DNA of 52,119 nucleotides, from the NCBI GenBank assembly GCA_964549615.1, contig CAZJVP010000094.1:1-52119 (forward strand), read 5' to 3'. Source of the DNA: an uncultured Thermococci archaeon (lineage in GTDB: Archaea > CAYQAE01 > CAYVLA01). A program made the position numbers and the translations under genes. Numbering within the stretch: the stretch's first letter is position 1; the number at the start of each line of letters is the position of its first letter. The notes under the pieces are model-generated. The model was not told the DNA's origin and searched no databases. It saw only the letters and a program-made list of their open reading frames with translations. Positions 38,217-47,378 of the stretch are shown piece after piece.

Positions 38217-39278
38217 ATGCCGGGCGCAGACTCCCTGGAGAAGCACGGGCCGGCACAACCTGCGCCTCCCAATCCCTCCAAGACGAGGATTGCCAAGATC
38301 CCCCCGGGAGGCAGGACGTTCGCCCTCGTCGTCACCGTCCTGATGGTGGTGGCGAGCCTAGCTTACATGTACTTCTACCTAACCACCAGACCGTCTCCGC
38401 AGAACGTCACCAAGCCGGTCGAGGGCAAGCACGTCGACCCTCTGACGAAAGCCCTTAGCATCGTCTTCGTCATCCTAGCGACCTGGCTGGTCTACCTTCT
38501 TCCGTCAAGGGCCTTGGACTCCCAGGCTAAGGCACATCCCGAACGAAAGCCCGACTTCGTCATGATCAAGGGGCTGATAAGGTCGCTGATGCTCTTCGTT
38601 GCAGCCTTCGCGATAATCAGCATCCTGGTGGGAGGCCTGACGGTCGTCTGGGGATTCATCGGCGGCTTCGCTGGGATGTTCCTGGGCTGGTCCCTGCAGG
38701 GTCCCATCTCGGGCGCGGTCGCGTGGATCATCGTCACCGTTAAGCGTCCGTTCAGGATCGGAGACAGGATATTCTTCCCAAGCTGGGGGCTGATCGGGGA
38801 TGTCTTGGACGTCGGCGTCATGTACACACGCCTGAACCAGGTCGGCGGAACGGTGGGAAGCGAGGAGAGGTCCAACCGGGAGATACTCATCCCGAACGCC
38901 ACCCTGTGGGGAAGCGTCATCATAAACTACACATCCCAGTTGGCCGCCGGCGACGAGAAGAGCGAGCGTTTCCTCCTAGACGAAGTTGTAGTCAGGATAA
39001 CCTTTGACTCCGACTGGGACGAGGCTGAGAGGATCCTCCTGAAGGCTGCCAGAGAAGTCACATACGACATAATCGAGGAGACGGGAGTCCAACCCTACAT
39101 TAGGTCCGACCTCTACGACTATGGCGTTTACATGCGTCTGCGCTACATGACGCTCGCGGTCGACAGGCCGAGGATAGTGCACGAGATCACAAAAAGGATA
39201 ATCAAGTACATCCAAGAATCCAAGAAGGTGGATCTCGCCATCCCCTTCGTGTACTCCTTCAGGCACGGGTGCAGATAG
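38217..39278 (+). CDS. mscS: Small-conductance mechanosensitive channel (MscS family)
   Basis: GWSLQG..SG, RPFRIGDRI, GDVLDVG.MYT, IPN and INY motifs. CCGAAAG + ATATTAAT promoter at 38171-38189. Confidence 0.9.
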   Translation: MPGADSLEKHGPAQPAPPNPSKTRIAKIPPGGRTFALVVTVLMVVASLAYMYFYLTTRPSPQNVTKPVEGKHVDPLTKALSIVFVILATWLVYLLPSRALDSQAKAHPERKPDFVMIKGLIRSLMLFVAAFAIISILVGGLTVVWGFIGGFAGMFLGWSLQGPISGAVAWIIVTVKRPFRIGDRIFFPSWGLIGDVLDVGVMYTRLNQVGGTVGSEERSNREILIPNATLWGSVIINYTSQLAAGDEKSERFLLDEVVVRITFDSDWDEAERILLKAAREVTYDIIEETGVQPYIRSDLYDYGVYMRLRYMTLAVDRPRIVHEITKRIIKYIQESKKVDLAIPFVYSFRHGCR

Positions 39279-39351
39279 TGTTTGGAGAGAACGGCTGGCG
39301 ACGTGCTCGGCTCAACCACGCTCCGGCAGGTGCAGGCAGCCGGGTAGACCA

Positions 39352-39651
39352 TCAACGCTGCGCCGGGACCTTCCTCGAGTACACCGACCCAGCTGCGTAT
39401 TCCCTGGATAAAACGTAGCCAGGCGGCACGCTTTCGACCCGCGTGCCCAGCTCCAAGCAAAGCGACTTGAACCTTTCGACGTATTCGCCGGACGATATCC
39501 TGCCGGCTTTGAGCTGGAGTCTCAGGTCGCGTTTCCTTCTCTCAAACTCGCCGGTCCGCGGGTCGTCGGCCCGAAGCTCCACGAGAGTGCCGTCGGGGAA
39601 ACGCCAGAGGAAATCCCAACGCGTCCGCCCCCGCCCGAAGATCCATGGCAT
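39352..39651 (-). CDS. Hypothetical 99-aa protein with SHOCT-like motif
   Basis: MPWIFG... with LKAGRISSGEYVERFKSL. Divergent from ATPase paralog 2. Confidence 0.55.
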   Translation of the reverse strand: MPWIFGRGRTRWDFLWRFPDGTLVELRADDPRTGEFERRKRDLRLQLKAGRISSGEYVERFKSLCLELGTRVESVPPGYVLSREYAAGSVYSRKVPAQR

Positions 39652-39888
39652 ATAGGAAAGTGGTGGGCCAGCGATAACAAAGTTTCTCAGGAACGGGTTG
39701 GCTAGACGCGCAAAGGAAGCTTTCACGACGGAAAGCCGAAAAGTCTCAAAAGAAGATCAAATTGCGCTAACTTGCCGCCCAATATCATTGCACGGATTGC
39801 GATGATCGCGACCAATCTCTCGAAAACCGGGAAACGTCGTTTTAAGCAATGAAGCCATGGGGTCTAGCGTAGGACGGCCGGTGGTGGA

Positions 39889-41310
39889 TTGGAGGCTGTC
39901 CCTGTCATACCAGAGGAGATCATTGACCAGTGCCGTAGAGGCGGGTCCCTGCTCATCGGAGGCGGACCTGGGAGCGGCAAGACGATCCTTGCGTTCTCCC
40001 TACTTCACGCTCTGAAAGCCCTTGGGCACAGGGTGGTGTTCGTTTCAACCCGGCTGCCAACCGGCACCTTGTTGGAAACCACGCCCCTGTGCAGAAGCCT
40101 TGGGCTGGGGAACCTAGTCGACGCTTCGATGCAGCGACCCTACTACCAGGACTCGGCGGTGACGAGCATCCCCATGTCCGGCGTCTCGGACCTTTCGATC
40201 TTTCTCCAGAAGAACGCCGACAGGGATACGGTCGTGGCGCTGGACTCGTGGGACGCCCTCTTGCAGAGGGAAAAGAACCCACATAGCGAGGTATACGCGC
40301 TCGCCTCCGAGATGCTCAACCGCACCCCTGGCAGCCTCATCATGACCTCGGAGCAGCCGGGCGAGTTCAATCCTCTCCAACACGTTGTGGACGCTTACCT
40401 GACCCTCGGCATCGAGGAGGTTGAGGGCGACAGGCTCAGGTTCCTGAAGGTGGAGAAGATGAGGGGGAGGGTCGTCTCCACCTCGAGCTACCTCTTCACG
40501 CTTACCGAGGGCGTCTTCAGGGCATACGATCCCCAGAACTGGTGGCTACACGCAAGGCCGTTGAAGGCCAGCAGGCTGCCGGACCCCTTGCCGGAAAGGG
40601 CGAGCTTCTTTTCGACAGGCATCCCGAAGCTTGACAAGATACTCGGCGGAGGTTTCGGGCAGGGATCCACCGTCGGAATCGAGGTTTCCCTGGATGCGCC
40701 TCACGAACTGTTTGACCTCACCTATCTTCCGACCGCCTTCGATTTCCTGGTCAAGCGACGGCCCATGCTCATCCTTCCCCCGGAGGCAAGGGATGAGGAA
40801 AGCATCTGGGAGACTGTGCGAAACCTCCTAGGCGAGAAGCTTTGGGAGTCGACCAAGGCCAACATCATCGATAACTACGTGAAGGTGCTGTCCTTGAGAC
40901 CGCCCATGCCGAAGGATGTGCAGGGCGACGGCTTGGGCCAGGGCATCGAGAGCGACCTTGCCATATGGAGAAAGGCTAGGAAGGAGATGAAGTACAAGTT
41001 TGCACAGCCGATGCTGTACGTCATCGGATACGACACCCTGATCAGGAGATACGGCAGCGAGTCGGTGGAGCCCATCATGAGCAAGAACATCCTGGAGACG
41101 CGAATGCTCGGCGATCTCATGATCTCGGTCGTCACGGACGATCTAGATTCCAAACGCTGCCTCATGGCCATCTCTGACTACTACCTGCAGCTGAGGCTCG
41201 TCAAGGGGATCCCCCTGCTGAGGGGAATAAAACCCAGGACAACATCCTACATCGCGTCCCTGACGAACCGCTCTGGATTTCCCAGCATGGAGCTTGATTC
41301 CATCTCCTGA
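39889..41310 (+). CDS. GvpD/RAD55 (KaiC-like) two-domain ATPase, paralog 2
   Basis: GGPGSGKT, VALDSWD and VEKMRG. The second domain (STGIPKLDKILGGGFGQG) lacks Walker A. TTTTAAG box at 39840-39846. Confidence 0.87.
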   Translation: MEAVPVIPEEIIDQCRRGGSLLIGGGPGSGKTILAFSLLHALKALGHRVVFVSTRLPTGTLLETTPLCRSLGLGNLVDASMQRPYYQDSAVTSIPMSGVSDLSIFLQKNADRDTVVALDSWDALLQREKNPHSEVYALASEMLNRTPGSLIMTSEQPGEFNPLQHVVDAYLTLGIEEVEGDRLRFLKVEKMRGRVVSTSSYLFTLTEGVFRAYDPQNWWLHARPLKASRLPDPLPERASFFSTGIPKLDKILGGGFGQGSTVGIEVSLDAPHELFDLTYLPTAFDFLVKRRPMLILPPEARDEESIWETVRNLLGEKLWESTKANIIDNYVKVLSLRPPMPKDVQGDGLGQGIESDLAIWRKARKEMKYKFAQPMLYVIGYDTLIRRYGSESVEPIMSKNILETRMLGDLMISVVTDDLDSKRCLMAISDYYLQLRLVKGIPLLRGIKPRTTSYIASLTNRSGFPSMELDSIS

Positions 41311-41375
41311 GATGCCATGATCGCCGCGGGTTGATGCTTCCCGATGTCGTTCGCCCGGACGGCCCAGCAAGTCCC

Positions 41376-43055
41376 TCATTGAAGTCGAAACTTGACGTCA
41401 CCGAAGGGAATCCCCGCCGCGTCCGTCACCCTGAGCGAGAAAACCCAGTTGCCATGGGAGTTCAGGGACGTGACCGAGAGACGCGTTCGGCCTTGTGGAA
41501 TCTTGACCCGTATCTTCTTCTCGAAGATGTACCGGTCCCTGTAAAGGAAGCCGTGGCCTTCCGGCGGGTAGCTAACCTCGCTAAAGACAACGCGCTTGCC
41601 CAGTCTAACCACCAGTCCGTCATCCCACCCCAGGTTCAGATAAGCCGTTCTGCGCTCGGGCGAGAATAGGAAGGTTGAGAAGTGGGCGGAGGCATCGTCC
41701 GTGTTGCGCCAGTCAAAGATGTAGATGCAGCTCACGATCCCACGGGGATCCATATTGTCGAACGCAAACCACCGGACGACCCCGTCGCGGCCGTGATATG
41801 GCTTCTGCGGATCTATCGGCTCCAGGAGGGCTTCCTCGGCCGCGTATTCGGGGTGGGAGCGGGTGTTGCCCAACAAGCCCAGAACCCACCATCGACCAGG
41901 GGTTCCGAACAGGTCGCAGAGCTCCTCCCCCGTCAGCTCGCCCCGATCGAAGCCGGCCACCGCGTCACGCAGCCCCTTGAGTTCAGGCAAAGGCAGCTGG
42001 GCCTTGTCACGTAGGATGCTATGCCAGTCTCGAACATCTATGTCTGAGCCCTTGATCTGGGGCATGGGCAGGCCGTACTTTTCCTCAAGCCTTGAGGAGT
42101 GGATGTACCATGTCGGGGCCGAGCTGAACGACCAGACATAGCGCTTGGCAACGCTGCGGAGGATGGCCATTTGCTGCCGCAGCTCCGCCGCCTCCTCCTT
42201 CCACGGTCTGACCGGATATCCCTGCCCACCCGTCTCAACCATGTGGAGAGGCCATACGCCAGGTGCAATCGTGCATCGCGACCGCCAGTAATCCAGGTCC
42301 TCATCCTCCAAGAGCGAGGGCATGGCGCAGTCTTCGAAGCGCGATGCGGCCAGGTTCGTCACGGGGTCGTTGAGGCAGTATGTGAACTCCGTGCCCAGAT
42401 GCATTCCGCCTGGCGCATCCCGCCGTGCCATCTCCGACAGGAAACCGAATAGGTAGTTGCGCGCTACCGGGCGGCAGCGGAGCACGCCAGGAAGCGTGAA
42501 CACGACGGCCTGTGGGAACTCGTCCAGAAGAGCGGCCGCACTCGCCCTGCCTTGGGCCCTTGCAGCCGTGAGCAGGTCGCACACGGTGTAGCCTTGATAC
42601 GTGTAGATGGAGTTGCTGACGTCATAGCGAGGATACGGGTATTCGACGTCAACGCACACGCCGCGGAATCCCAGATCGGCCGCAGCCCGACCGAGCGCGC
42701 CGAAGTGCGACGACATCTTCTCAGAGTAGCTACGAGAAAGGAGGGCCTGCGACGACGGCCACTGCCCGTCGGCGGGAAAGTGCACGGTCAGAAAATTCTC
42801 GCCTGCCCCTGCAGCGTTGAGCGCCGCGACGTTGAGCCTGGCCCTATCCGACCACTCACGATCTTCCGGATTCCTGTCAAGGCCTAGGAACCGAGGGATT
42901 CCGTCTTCCCAGGACCCTATGTTGAAGAAGAAGCCATCGTATATCCTGGCAACATCGCCCGCGTGGTCGTCCAAGTAGCGATTCGGACGAACCGAATAGC
43001 ATATCACCTTTGGCCCTTTGTCAGAAGGTTTGACGCGATCGTCCCCAAACTTCAT
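41376..43055 (-). CDS. Hypothetical protein: GH-like TIM barrel plus C-terminal PA14/GLEYA-like beta-sandwich
   Basis: GFRGVCVDVEYP and HLGTEFTY, with C-terminal LNLGWDDGLVVRLG...WVFSLRVTD. Start moved to ATG 43055. Confidence 0.65.
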   Translation of the reverse strand: MKFGDDRVKPSDKGPKVICYSVRPNRYLDDHAGDVARIYDGFFFNIGSWEDGIPRFLGLDRNPEDREWSDRARLNVAALNAAGAGENFLTVHFPADGQWPSSQALLSRSYSEKMSSHFGALGRAAADLGFRGVCVDVEYPYPRYDVSNSIYTYQGYTVCDLLTAARAQGRASAAALLDEFPQAVVFTLPGVLRCRPVARNYLFGFLSEMARRDAPGGMHLGTEFTYCLNDPVTNLAASRFEDCAMPSLLEDEDLDYWRSRCTIAPGVWPLHMVETGGQGYPVRPWKEEAAELRQQMAILRSVAKRYVWSFSSAPTWYIHSSRLEEKYGLPMPQIKGSDIDVRDWHSILRDKAQLPLPELKGLRDAVAGFDRGELTGEELCDLFGTPGRWWVLGLLGNTRSHPEYAAEEALLEPIDPQKPYHGRDGVVRWFAFDNMDPRGIVSCIYIFDWRNTDDASAHFSTFLFSPERRTAYLNLGWDDGLVVRLGKRVVFSEVSYPPEGHGFLYRDRYIFEKKIRVKIPQGRTRLSVTSLNSHGNWVFSLRVTDAAGIPFGDVKFRLQ

Positions 43056-43213
43056 GCCCAAGAACCAACCTTCGATGCGCCGCGGCCAGTCGGGAAATAA
43101 ATCTTGTCCAAGAGGCGCCCGCACCCTGCCGAGGCCGCCTGGTGACCCCGCCCGCATTCCGCTGCAGGACGGGCCGGGAAATCATTTAATTTGGGCGGCT
43201 CCCTGCGCTCGCC

Positions 43214-43837
43214 ATGGCGGGCATCAAGACGCTTCTCTTTGCGGGAGGCCAGATACACGATTTTAGGGGATGCGGCAACGAGATCGAGAACATCCTCAGG
43301 GCGGACGGCTCCTTCGATCTCACCAAGGTGGAGGAGGATCTTTCGGTCCTAGAGCGTCTCAGCCCCTATGAGCTGCTCGTCTTCTACTACACGGTGGGCC
43401 AGATCACCGACGCGCAGCGAGATGGCCTCTCTAACTTCATAAAGGCCGGGAAGGGCTTCGTGGGAATACATTCGGCCGCGGACTCCTTTAGGGAAGACCC
43501 GGCCTACAGATCGATGCTCGGGGGGTTCTTCGTGACCCATCCTCGCTTCAGGAGCTATCAGGTCAGCGTCGTCGACCCGGAGCATCCCATCACCAAGGGG
43601 CTTGACGAATTCATGGTCGAGGACGAGCAATACATCACGGACTACGATCCCAGGGTCAACGTCCTTTGCACGGCCCTTTACAAGGGAAGGGCAGTTCCGG
43701 TCGCCTGGACAAAGGCGTGGGGGAAAGGCAGGATATTCTACCTCGCTCTCGGGCACAACCCCCAGGCTTGCCGGGGGGAGATGTTCAAGGTGCTGCTGAC
43801 AAGGGGGGCAAAGTGGGCGGCGGGAAAGCTGGCCTGA
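43214..43837 (+). CDS. ThuA-like (class I GATase fold) protein
   Basis: GKGFVGIHSA, GGFFVTHP, HPITKGL..F...DEQY and WGKGRIFYLALGH motifs. Confidence 0.9.
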   Translation: MAGIKTLLFAGGQIHDFRGCGNEIENILRADGSFDLTKVEEDLSVLERLSPYELLVFYYTVGQITDAQRDGLSNFIKAGKGFVGIHSAADSFREDPAYRSMLGGFFVTHPRFRSYQVSVVDPEHPITKGLDEFMVEDEQYITDYDPRVNVLCTALYKGRAVPVAWTKAWGKGRIFYLALGHNPQACRGEMFKVLLTRGAKWAAGKLA

Positions 43838-43878
43838 GGGCCAGGAAAGTTTTCAAGGAGCGGGCTTCCTGACGGGAC

Positions 43879-44301
43879 ATGGACAAGGACTGTATTTTCT
43901 GCATGATAGCGCAGGGAAAGGCACCGGCAAGCATGGTCTACCAAGACTCAAAGACCCTTGCCTTCATGGACATCTACCCGGTCAACCCCGGCCACGTCCT
44001 GGTCATCCCTAGGAAGCATGCTGCGTGCCTGGCCGACCTTGACCCTGAATCCGGGGCCGATGTCTTCAAGCTAGCGATGAGGATAGCGTCGGCCATCAGG
44101 AAGACGGATATCCGTTGCGAAGCGGTGAACCTGATCCTCGCAGACGGCGAGGCGGCAGGGCAGGAGATCTTTCATGTGCACCTCCACGTCGTTCCGAGAT
44201 ACCCGGGCGACAACTTCTCGATGTCGACCCATAGGCGGATCGTGGCCTCGAGAGAAGAGCTGTCCGATCTAGCGGCAAAGATATCGCGTTCCATGTCCTG
44301 A
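43879..44301 (+). CDS. HIT family hydrolase
   Basis: CIFC, PVNPGHVLVIP and AGQEIFHVHLHVVPR motifs. Confidence 0.95.
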   Translation: MDKDCIFCMIAQGKAPASMVYQDSKTLAFMDIYPVNPGHVLVIPRKHAACLADLDPESGADVFKLAMRIASAIRKTDIRCEAVNLILADGEAAGQEIFHVHLHVVPRYPGDNFSMSTHRRIVASREELSDLAAKISRSMS

Positions 44302-44326
44302 TCGCACGGTGCCAGGCCTGCCCACT

Positions 44327-45421
44327 TCAGGCACTCGGCCCCGGGAGGAAACGCTTTACGAACTCGAACGCCCCGTCCCCACGGAACTCGTGCCCTCCGT
44401 CGAACTCGGTGTACACGAACCTCTCGGCGATTCCGAGCTTCTTCCAATGGATCGACGCGTCCTCGACCTGGGATCGGGCGCCCTCCACCCTGAAATGCTC
44501 ATCCCGTCTGCCCACCTCTATCATGAGGGCTCGCGGGCAGATCAGGGCGCAGATCTCCGGATCGGTAAGCTCGTTGAGGTAATTGAAGAAGCACCAATCC
44601 GGATGGGCATAGACGGCTCGATCGTTGAAGAAGCAGGAGCTCACCGCCACCGAGATCCTCCTGTCCAAGGCAGCGGCGTACTGGGTGTACAGGCCTCCGT
44701 AGGAAAGCCCCATCATCGCAACCCGCCTTGGATCAACCTCCCCCCTCTTCAGGACCGCGTCGAGCCCACGCAGTATCTTCCAAAGCTCTATGGCTAGGAT
44801 GGAGGTGCCGAGGTACCTCGCCGATGCATCGAGGTCCAGTCGCGTCGGCCCCGACATGCTCTCAGTTCCGCGGTACGGGAATATCAGCGCCGGAGCCCAG
44901 ACCGCGAAGCCCTCCTGAACTGCCCTTTGAACCATCCAGCCGTAGTTGCCGGGCCCGTCCCTCCCGAAGCCCGACATGAGCTCCGGATTGCCCCCGCCCC
45001 CGTGTTGGCAGATCATCAGCGGGCTGGGCTGGTCTCGGTCTTTGGGAACGAACAGCAGGCCGTAGACCTCCACGCCCTCCAGCACCTCGTGCCACATCCG
45101 GTAGATGGTCGCGTAAGCATCGGTGGCCACAAGGCGGTACCGAGGTTCTGAGCCAACCGTCGGTCCGCTGGGAGGATACCCGATCCTCGCACAGAGCACC
45201 TTCCTGTACCTGTCGGTGGACCGCTCGTAGGCCCGTTTGCTGGAGTGGTCGGGGCGAAAGAAGGCCTTCCGCCTTTGCTGTGACTTGGATTGCAGGGATT
45301 TGAGGTACGAGGCGATCTGGTCAAACTGCCGTTGCCGTATGTCATGCGAGGCCTCGATGTCCTCGCAGTATCTGCCTGGGAAGCCCTGCGACGCACCCGT
45401 CGTCGCCTTTCGTTTCGCCAT
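44327..45421 (-). CDS. Alpha/beta hydrolase (dienelactone hydrolase-like)
   Basis: CQHGGGG, GLSYGG, GRRD and GGHEF motifs. Confidence 0.87.
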   Translation of the reverse strand: MAKRKATTGASQGFPGRYCEDIEASHDIRQRQFDQIASYLKSLQSKSQQRRKAFFRPDHSSKRAYERSTDRYRKVLCARIGYPPSGPTVGSEPRYRLVATDAYATIYRMWHEVLEGVEVYGLLFVPKDRDQPSPLMICQHGGGGNPELMSGFGRDGPGNYGWMVQRAVQEGFAVWAPALIFPYRGTESMSGPTRLDLDASARYLGTSILAIELWKILRGLDAVLKRGEVDPRRVAMMGLSYGGLYTQYAAALDRRISVAVSSCFFNDRAVYAHPDWCFFNYLNELTDPEICALICPRALMIEVGRRDEHFRVEGARSQVEDASIHWKKLGIAERFVYTEFDGGHEFRGDGAFEFVKRFLPGPSA

Positions 45422-45504
45422 AGGGGCTGCTCGGAATCGGTCGGAAAAAGTGTAACGGTCCAAACTCGCCCGCCGTCCCCGCGCGAATCCGGTTCAGGGC
45501 TGCC

Positions 45505-46512
45505 CTAGAACCCGGCCTCGATTTGCACGAGGACCACCTTCTTGATCACGACCGCGCAAACTAGGAGCCCCGCAGCCCACAGCCCCGATAACAGCAGGAC
45601 CCTGCTGACGGTCCGCCTCTCTCTGGCTTTCTGGGCCTCCTCCCGTAGTCTTGCCTGCTTGTTGTTCGCCTCCTCGATCTTGGCTTCGAAGTCCCTGCTG
45701 GCCTCGGAGAAGTGCACGCTGCCCTTCGCTGCCCAGCGAACCGAGTTGGTGAATAGGCGTATGAAGTTTTCGTCCCGCACGAGATTTCCATAGTATGCAT
45801 CGACCCTCGAATTGGAGACGACCCATACGCCGGGAAGCGCAACCGACCTCCCGCCCGCATCGCTCTCGCTTGTCAGGACGATGGGCGCGCCGGTGGCCTC
45901 GTCCCTGTAGACGACCGAGTAGGCCCCAGGCACTTCCACGTAGTTGCCAGCCTCGTCACCGCTCAAGTAGATACCCATGCTTACGAGCTGGAACCTATCC
46001 GGCAGACCTAGGCTGATCTCAGTGTCCTGCGCCTCCGTGTAGTTTCGTGCCCTCATACCAGTTCCGTATTGTTGGGCCGACACGTTCGCGCGAACCGGGA
46101 AGACCCGCCTGGCTAGTTGGCCAGCGGACGGCTCGTAGCAAACCGCCCCGAGGCCCACCAGGCCCCCTCCGTTCTCGAAGAACGCCGACAGGGGCTCGGC
46201 GAGGTCGCCGATCTCCGCCGCGTTCGAACAGTAGATGACGACGCACTCGGTGTGCGGTAGGGCCGTCGCGAGCGCAAGAAGGTCCGGCTTCGTTACGACC
46301 CTGACGTCGCTGCCTATTCCCTCGGCCGCCTCCAACACGGATGCAAGCATCTCCGCGAATCCGGAATCCGTCCCGCTGTACAGAAAGACGGTCGGCCTCA
46401 TATCGACCGTTGGCGCCCACACAATGACGGCCATCATGCCTAAGACCAAGACCAACGCGACCGACCCTTCCATCCTGCTACCTGGCCTTGCTCCCGTAAT
46501 GCTCACCTTCAC
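45505..46512 (-). CDS. Exported GATase/ThuA-like protein with coiled coil and C-terminal TM
   Basis: N-terminal hydrophobic segment, FFENGGGLVGLG, GGRSVAL, LFTNSVRWAA, a coiled coil and a TM. Confidence 0.75.
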   Translation of the reverse strand: MKVSITGARPGSRMEGSVALVLVLGMMAVIVWAPTVDMRPTVFLYSGTDSGFAEMLASVLEAAEGIGSDVRVVTKPDLLALATALPHTECVVIYCSNAAEIGDLAEPLSAFFENGGGLVGLGAVCYEPSAGQLARRVFPVRANVSAQQYGTGMRARNYTEAQDTEISLGLPDRFQLVSMGIYLSGDEAGNYVEVPGAYSVVYRDEATGAPIVLTSESDAGGRSVALPGVWVVSNSRVDAYYGNLVRDENFIRLFTNSVRWAAKGSVHFSEASRDFEAKIEEANNKQARLREEAQKARERRTVSRVLLLSGLWAAGLLVCAVVIKKVVLVQIEAGF

Positions 46513-47372
46513 GCCATGATGTTGATGATGGGCTGGTCAAGGAGGACGCCGTCGAGGTAAGCCCTGATCACCTGAACCACCGAGATGTCGGCCCTCCCGG
46601 GCAGCGGGGTGGAGGCGAAGCTTGCGGGGAAAGCTCGGGGATCCACGGTGAAGGTGACCGTGAAGGTGTCGTCCTTTTTCACGGCCTTGTAGTTGAGCAC
46701 GCCTCTAGGGGCCTGGGATATCGGAAGCTTGGACTCCGGCCGCACCTCGTCATCACGAAGATAGCCCGTCTGATCCGTGTTGTGGGCGATGCTGAGGGAA
46801 ACGACGTTCTTTTGGGGAATGAAGAAGAAGCCGGACTCCCCTTCAAAGTAGTAGTGCCCCCCGTTCTCGTCCAATATGGCCCCGTAGGTCAGCGGGGCGC
46901 GGAGCGCCAGCTGCTGGCCGGACAGCGATTCCAGAATGCTGCTGTAGTCCCAGAGCACCATCCGACAGCCAATCCCTTGAAATTCGAAGGTGTGGCTGAA
47001 CTTTTCCGGCCGGATCCCTAGCCACTCGGTCTGGTTCCTAAGCCATGCGACCTTCACCGCGTTGTTGAGCACCTCCTCAGGATCATCCTCGGCGCTATAC
47101 TGCCTCTGCGGATCGACCAGGTCCTCGGGTCGCAGCGTCTTCTGGGTCAATATGGAGAACCTGAGGAGCAGATCCTCAAACCCTTCCCTGGCCACGACGG
47201 CGAAGCTGAAGGTTGCTCTCTGATTCGCCACGATGGCCGATGGGTATTCGTTCCTCAGCACTTCGAGCGGGCTTTCTACCTTTTCCCTCGCTATCGTCAG
47301 GACCGTGAGCGTGGAGAGGATCAGCGACACAACCGCCAAGCCAATGACCCTTTCATCGAACCGCAAAAGCAT
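46509..47372 (-). CDS. Hypothetical signal-anchored beta-rich protein
   Basis: N-terminal TM VIGLAVVSLILSTLTVLTIA. Coupled to both neighbours (6-nt gap; GTGA overlap). Confidence 0.7.
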   Translation of the reverse strand: MLLRFDERVIGLAVVSLILSTLTVLTIAREKVESPLEVLRNEYPSAIVANQRATFSFAVVAREGFEDLLLRFSILTQKTLRPEDLVDPQRQYSAEDDPEEVLNNAVKVAWLRNQTEWLGIRPEKFSHTFEFQGIGCRMVLWDYSSILESLSGQQLALRAPLTYGAILDENGGHYYFEGESGFFFIPQKNVVSLSIAHNTDQTGYLRDDEVRPESKLPISQAPRGVLNYKAVKKDDTFTVTFTVDPRAFPASFASTPLPGRADISVVQVIRAYLDGVLLDQPIINIMA

Positions 47373-47378
47373 CCGACC

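Noticed and set aside
35922-39823. AATCTCTCGA at 35922-35931 and 39814-39823, upstream of both ATPases
   Set aside because: Shared 10-mers are expected by chance in 52 kb, and the orientation relative to the ATPase genes differs.
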